From the NCBI GenBank assembly GCA_020137815.1, contig CM035355.1, positions 2,914,001-2,978,000 of the forward strand: a stretch of 64,000 nt of DNA, written 5' to 3'. Origin of the DNA: Hormiphora californensis (lineage: Eukaryota > Animalia > Ctenophora). The first letter of the stretch is position 1. Each line of letters opens with the position of its first letter. Shown one piece after another: positions 58,214-64,000 of the stretch. The position numbers were made by a program, and so were the translations under genes. The notes beneath the pieces are model-generated. The model was not told where the DNA came from and did not search any database. It was given only the letters and a program-made list of their open reading frames with translations.

Positions 58214-59516
58214 GGGTACACCTGGCGTTTTTCATCATCGAGTGCCCAACCAAATGACTTCACCAGGGTTTAGGCCATACAAAATGGACCTCAAATATGC
58301 AATTTTAGCCCTAAAGTCGAATTCATATTTTTGCTACAGCCTATTTTCAAAGTGGCGTTTTTTCAATTTTTGTTGAAATTTTTAACCTCAGGACCACTTT
58401 TTTTGAGATAGAAACATTAAATTCTTGGAATTTGAAGAGAATATAAAGGTGAATAAGCCCAAAGAAGGATTTCTGAAATGGAGCTTATTTCTGGCCATGA
58501 GAACGGTTTACTTTTTTGCTTCTTTGACACGCTGGCTGAGAATGTTCCCATGCTTCATTAGAGATGAAAATCTGGAAATAGTTGCTCAAAACGATTATCT
58601 ATGTGGCCCAAAAATTTTGGAACTTTCCCGCCAAAGATGTGGTGTGCAGAGCTTTTTTTGTGAAACCTGTCTTTTTGAAAAAGAGGGAAATTCCCTGTAT
58701 CTCAAAAACGGATGATCGTAGAGACCTGGGACCAAGCTTAATCGATTCAGAAGGTCCGATTTTGGGGGGGTCTTCTGAGAGACATTTTGCTCCTACTCCA
58801 ACCGATTTTGCTGTAACTGCAAAAAACCAATTCTATGAAAAGGGGAAACAACTCTATTCCAGTAGCATGCTTCGGGCTGATTTCCCCCTTACTTGCTGAT
58901 ACCTTTTTCGCAATTACAGCAAAAACGGTTGGAGTAGGAGCAAAATGTCTCTCAGAAGACCCCCCCAAAATCGGACCTTCTGAATCGATTAAGCTTGGTC
59001 CCAGGTCTCTACGATCATCCGTTTTTGAGATACAGGGAATTTCCCTCTTTTTCAAAAAGACAGGTTTCACAAAAAAAGCTCTGTACACCACATCTTTGGC
59101 GGGAAAGTTCCAAAATTTTTGGGCCACATAGATAATCGTTTTGAGCAACTATTTCCAGATTTTCATCTCTAATGAAGCATGGGAACATTCTCAGCCAGCG
59201 TGTCAAAGAAGCAAAAAAGTAAACCGTTCTCATGGCCAGAAATAAGCTCCATTTCAAAAATCCTTCTTTGGGCTTATTCACCTTTATATTCTCTTCAAAT
59301 TCCAAGAATTTAATGTTTCTATCTCAAAAAAAGTGGTCCTGAAGTTAAAAATTTCAACAAAAATTGAAAAAACGCCACTTTGAAAATAAGCTGTAGCAAA
59401 AATATGAATTCGACTTTAGGGCTAAAATTGCATATTTGAGGTCCATTTTGTATGGCCTAAACCCTGGTGAAGTCATTTGGTTGGGCACTCGATGATGAAA
59501 AACGCCAGGTGTACCC
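58214..59516. mobile_element. 1.3-kb near-perfect palindromic element with TTAA flanks (Kolobok-like foldback)
   Basis: ttaa|gggtacacctggcg...cgccaggtgtaccc|ttaa, arms about 610 bp, spacer about 80 bp. Explains the mirrored ORFs 58425+/59305- and 58582+/59148-. Confidence 0.85.
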
Positions 59517-60089
59517 TTAAGTAGTTCCAAGAACTCCTCCTTAGCTACTGACAACGCAGGCAACAACAACCGTACTTAGAGTGCCTTGTTACCTTGTTAT
59601 GATGCCATGGTTATAAACATTCCTCTATAAGTATATTGGTGGAGATATATATATGGCTCCTCCATAGTCATGATTTTATTTTATTCATTTGTATTTAGTT
59701 TTGTGCAGCTTTAAAATTTAAGACCACGTTTTTCTCGTCCACCTGCTGAAAGGAAGCACGAAAAAAGGGTTGCCATGACAATCGAATGGTTGTGAAGTCG
59801 CTCACCAAGCCAACATGGTGGTGACGCCCCATGCCTCCTCCCCTTATTGAGTACCCCCTCCCCCAATCACTTGTCGAGTACCCTCACTAACCCCTCCCCA
59901 ATCACTCAGTCAATGTGACTTCCTTCGCCTGATAAGTTTCAGAGGTGTTTCTGAACAGCTTAACCCCGCGCTCCAAGTAGAACTCCGAGTAGTAAGATAT
60001 AACTAGCTGATGCAGAAGACGGTGCAGACGGTGTAAATTATACTTGAATGATGGCGAAGTCAGTGATTGAGAGAGAGAAAGAGAGAGAT

Positions 60090-60156
<67 letters not shown>

Positions 60157-61619
60157 GAGAAGAGAGAGAGAGACAGAGAGAAGGATTAGGAGAGAGATCT
60201 CTCTCGTCTCTCTCTCTCATCTCCTCTACTATCTCTCTCTCTCTCTACTCTCTCCTCTTCGCTCTTCTCGCTCTCTATATCTCTCTCTCTCTCTCGATCT
60301 AATCTCGTCTCCGCTCGGCTTCTCTCTCGTCTGGGATGCCTGTGGCCTACTCGCTGTTTTCCTGTCTCTCGCTCTTCTCTTCGCTCTCTCGTACTCTCTC
60401 TCTGCTCATCTCTATCTCTCTCTAGAGAGAAGCCCATAGAAAAAGAAACATTGTAACTTGTCAAGAACGTTCAGCTGCATTTCGCAGTTCGTCTGCTGCA
60501 GCACCATGGTGCAATAATTGTCATTTTGTTTCTCGGACTATATATCATATCTCCGGATATCCGGCTATTATACTTAGCCATTTAATAGACCGAGGTCGTG
60601 ATCAGCAGCTCTACCTAGCTCTATGATTTTAGTCAACCATTAAACTACTGAATTTCCAAGATAGCATATCTGTTTATCTAGAATTCTCCCAGAATTCTTG
60701 AACGTGGTGGGTGGCTCAACCCGGGCCGCTATCATGTTATAAACCACCCCCCCCCCCCCCCCCCCCCTGCTGATATTTCCCGCAGTCTACTGTGGTATAT
60801 CAAATAATTCCCTCCCTCTGTTGTCATTGCCCATTCACACCTTTCATAATTCCGGGGGTCGGTTTATAACAAATAACCACGGCTAGTAAAGTGATGAAAT
60901 TTGATAATCCCCTACGGGGATTATCACACGATATTCCCCTCGTCACTCAGTTCCTCGTGGATATCGTATTGATATACCAGCCTGTTAGGCTGGTATATCA
61001 GATTTCATCCCTCTACTAACCGGGGTTATCTATATTATAGCTCACTATTTAACTGTAAAAATTCTCCCGCATTTCTAAACTGAAGATTATATAATGTAGT
61101 TCTTTCTGGAGTTGCAGTATATCTTTCTGTAGTTTATATTCTAGCTAATATGCTTTATCTTCATTTTGAAATCTGAACTTGACTTTAATGTGTTATCTAA
61201 ATCCAATTTAATAAATACTTAAATTTCCCAACTGGATTTCTCTAACATCTTGAAATCAATGAATATTGGCTAGACCAATCCTTCTCACGATTCGTCGTTT
61301 CAGTATCCGATTCAGTTTTACGTCTGACAGCTTTGGATTTATACAATTTAGATACTCTGCCCATTCTTTCTCATCAAGACTCAAGAGTCCATAACAGTTT
61401 GCCTTTGTCTAAATATCTTACAATCGGGCCCCGATTTACCGGGATTCTCGGGGGAAAGGGTTTTGCCCGGTAAATCGGTGTTACGGTATATCGGGTTCCG
61501 GTAAATCGGGGTCTGACTGTTATAGTACTAAATATCATGTCCCAACGAAGTAGCCACTTCTTGTGAATAGTCCCCCCACACATGGTCCCCACACTTAAGT
61601 CTCTCTCCCATAGCTTAAC

Positions 61620-62803
61620 ATGAACACCAGTAGTGGAGTTATATTTGCAGCTGCTGCGAGCCAGGAAGTATGCAGTAAACTCAACATGATCGACTATGTC
61701 CAGGCAGCGACTGTGTTCTTGTTCTGTGTTGCGGGTGTGATATGCAACATCATTGTACTTGTTCTACTGATAACGCGACCGGTAGGTGCAATGAGTTGGG
61801 TAGGATGGGCCACATGGGGCCGGGGGGAGGGGTAGGACGGGCCATGGGGCCGGGTTATTTCCGGGGTTATTTGGACCCAAGTGGGTGTAATATATGTACT
61901 ATTAGCCCTTCAAATTATGGTGCTGAAGATGGATTTAATTCATTAATTGATTGGTAGATTGCTAAACCAGACCATTTTCAGATAGTACCAGAGAACCAGA
62001 AATGGGGTGTTGGAAACCTGAGTATCCTAGATCTGAGCTTGTCTCTAACCGGTCTTTTCCTTCGATCCCCTCTACTAATTGTATCAGACTTCCATTCTTG
62101 CTTCGAAAAACTAGGGTAAGGAATAAGGATCCTAACTAGGTTACAGCTATTAAAATCTAGAACAAGCTGATCTTCAGCAATCCTGTTTCCATGACAACCA
62201 GCAGTAACTTTTGTAAAATCAAGAAGATATACTTGACAACCACCATGTTATGTTTCAGGGCTTGGTGTGTAATCTCCTCCTTTACATTTGGACTATTCCG
62301 GTACATCAATACTGTGGCCCTACTTCCCATTACGATTGACAGGTATTGATTGACAGACAGCGTGACCTCCCCTTTCTAGCTCCAGACAAATGGTATAATT
62401 ATCTACCGCCAACTTTACTCTCACGCTACCTAGTTGTCTGATCTTTTTGTAGACGTTAACTTCAAGGGCAAAATCAGGGGTGGCAAGGGTTCAAACAACT
62501 TATTCTCTGCCAGTAGACAACTATCTAAACAGTTGATAGTTAATTCAGCGATAAATTGAAGTTCATAAAGTCTTCCTCTCTCTAATATATATTCTTGAAT
62601 ACTGTGACCCCAGATTTTCTAAACCAACTCCCTCTCCCTCTCTCTCCATCCTATGACCACTCCACTCTCCACCACTAACTCTTCCCGATACAGGTTCATC
62701 ACATTTTGGAAGCCCATCCATTACAAGTGTATCCTGGATTCAGGACGGATGAAGATCCTCATATTCCTCAGCTGGCTACCCAACGTTCTCTTCTCAGTTG
62801 CTG
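61620..62803 (+). CDS. Rhodopsin-class GPCR, first four exons (TM1-TM4); likely continues beyond the window
   Basis: Exons 61620-61781 (CNIIVL), about 61982-62115 (NLSILD), about 62259-62343 (WC...TIDR), about 62694-62803 (FITFWKPIHY...LSWLP). DRF motif spans an intron. Confidence 0.85.
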
Positions 62804-62907
62804 GTAGGTGCATGCAGTTCTTATTGGCTCTACAGTCGTTAACCTAGCTTCTTTCGGGGGCACAAACTATTGAGTCAGGGGTGAGAGAGCACCTTACTCA
62901 ACAAATA

Positions 62908-63808
62908 TTAGGTCATCCAGTATTGATTGTCGTTAGGCTTGTATAGGAAAATGGTTTGAGATAGACCAAAATGGACTTCACCACCGTTTTTCTCACTCGA
63001 TTTTGGATCGGAATACAATGCCTGATATTGGTATGTGGTTGTTCTCGGTTCCCAGCAGGGTATTCTCTCTACCCCACTCTTGTTGCCGCTGCACGGGGTT
63101 ACCAACCTTTTTAAAACGAGTCTCTAAGAAAACTGGTACATTCTTTTAAGCTCCCATAGCAAATCGTCCAAGGATGATTTATATATGCGATTTAAGTCTC
63201 TGCGAGTTCACTAATAACCTCTAGAGCAGTAAATGTTACACAAAAAAGCGAAAAAGTGAACAAAAAACTGGCCCGTTTCGGGGGTTTGTTCGAAAACATC
63301 AATTAGTCAATTTCAAAGTCAACAAATTACATAATTGGCTTCACTATGTCTTAGAACTTATTTAGAACTATCTTTTACAGCAGAGTTTTTGATTATAAGC
63401 CAATCCTGATGAGACCCGGAAGTGAAAGTTTCTAATTTTTACCAAAACTTTTTGGAGGCCAATTGCTCAGTGAAAAAACAAAAATAGGATGTTTTATTAC
63501 ATCTGAAACGATAGATAATTGTCCAATGAACGAGCTTGATGCATCAAAACATCACTCTGGTACCATTTTTAAGAAGTACAGTAGCTTTAGTTCTTAAACT
63601 CGAAAATTGCAATTTTCCATTTGCAGCGGCAACAAGAGTGGGGTAGAGAAAATTGCCTGGTGGGAACCGAGAACAACCATATTCCAATATCAGGCATTGT
63701 ATTCCGATCCAAAATCGAGTGAGAAAAACAGTGGTGAAGTCCATTTTGCTATATCTCAAACCATTTTTCCGATAAAAGCCCAACGACAATCAATACTGGA
63801 TGACCTAA
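62908..63808. mobile_element. Mariner-like MITE with long (about 185 bp) TIRs in the GPCR intron
   Basis: ta|ttaggtcatccagtattgattgtcg...cgacaatcaatactggatgacctaa|ta. The TTAGGT terminus fits the mariner YYAGRT consensus. Confidence 0.8.
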
Positions 63809-64000
63809 TACAAACCACAACCCATTCCATAAAACCCACATATCTAGTATCTACCCCCCCCCCCCTCCCCCATGACAACCCCGCCCGATGATGGAACTCC
63901 CCTGGGACTCCCATAATCTAACCCACATCTCTCTCCTCCATGACAACTCCACTGCCCCATTATGGGACTCCCATAAAACTAACCACCACACCCCTCTCTC

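Noticed and set aside
57936-59569. Duplicated ORF pairs on opposite strands
   Set aside because: Mirror images caused by the 1.3-kb palindrome; no protein motifs.

Overview
Eukaryotic, animal-type genomic DNA: compact GT-AG introns, long (GA)n/(CT)n microsatellites and many non-autonomous DNA transposons. The repeat style recalls ctenophore assemblies, but that is my recollection and cannot be shown from the window. I spliced eight gene models by hand and checked exon phases: a coiled-coil protein (+, 4817-8218); a two-exon Ser/Pro/Arg-rich protein (-); a PIM-family kinase (-); a secreted Ig-follistatin/Kazal-Ig-VWD-C8 protein (+, 13 exons); two divergent class-A GPCRs (one with an unresolved frame break, one running off the window); a RagC/D GTPase (-); and an intact six-exon type III polyketide synthase (chalcone-synthase superfamily, +, 51357-55599). 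The PKS is the most notable feature: it has a full Cys-His-Asn triad and sits head-to-head with RagC/D. Mobile DNA includes a non-LTR RT fragment, a CACTA/EnSpm element with two 72-bp subterminal arrays, and pogo-, mariner-, hAT-, Merlin- and Kolobok-like MITEs/foldbacks. One RagC/D exon is flanked on both sides by minisatellites built from its own splice sites.
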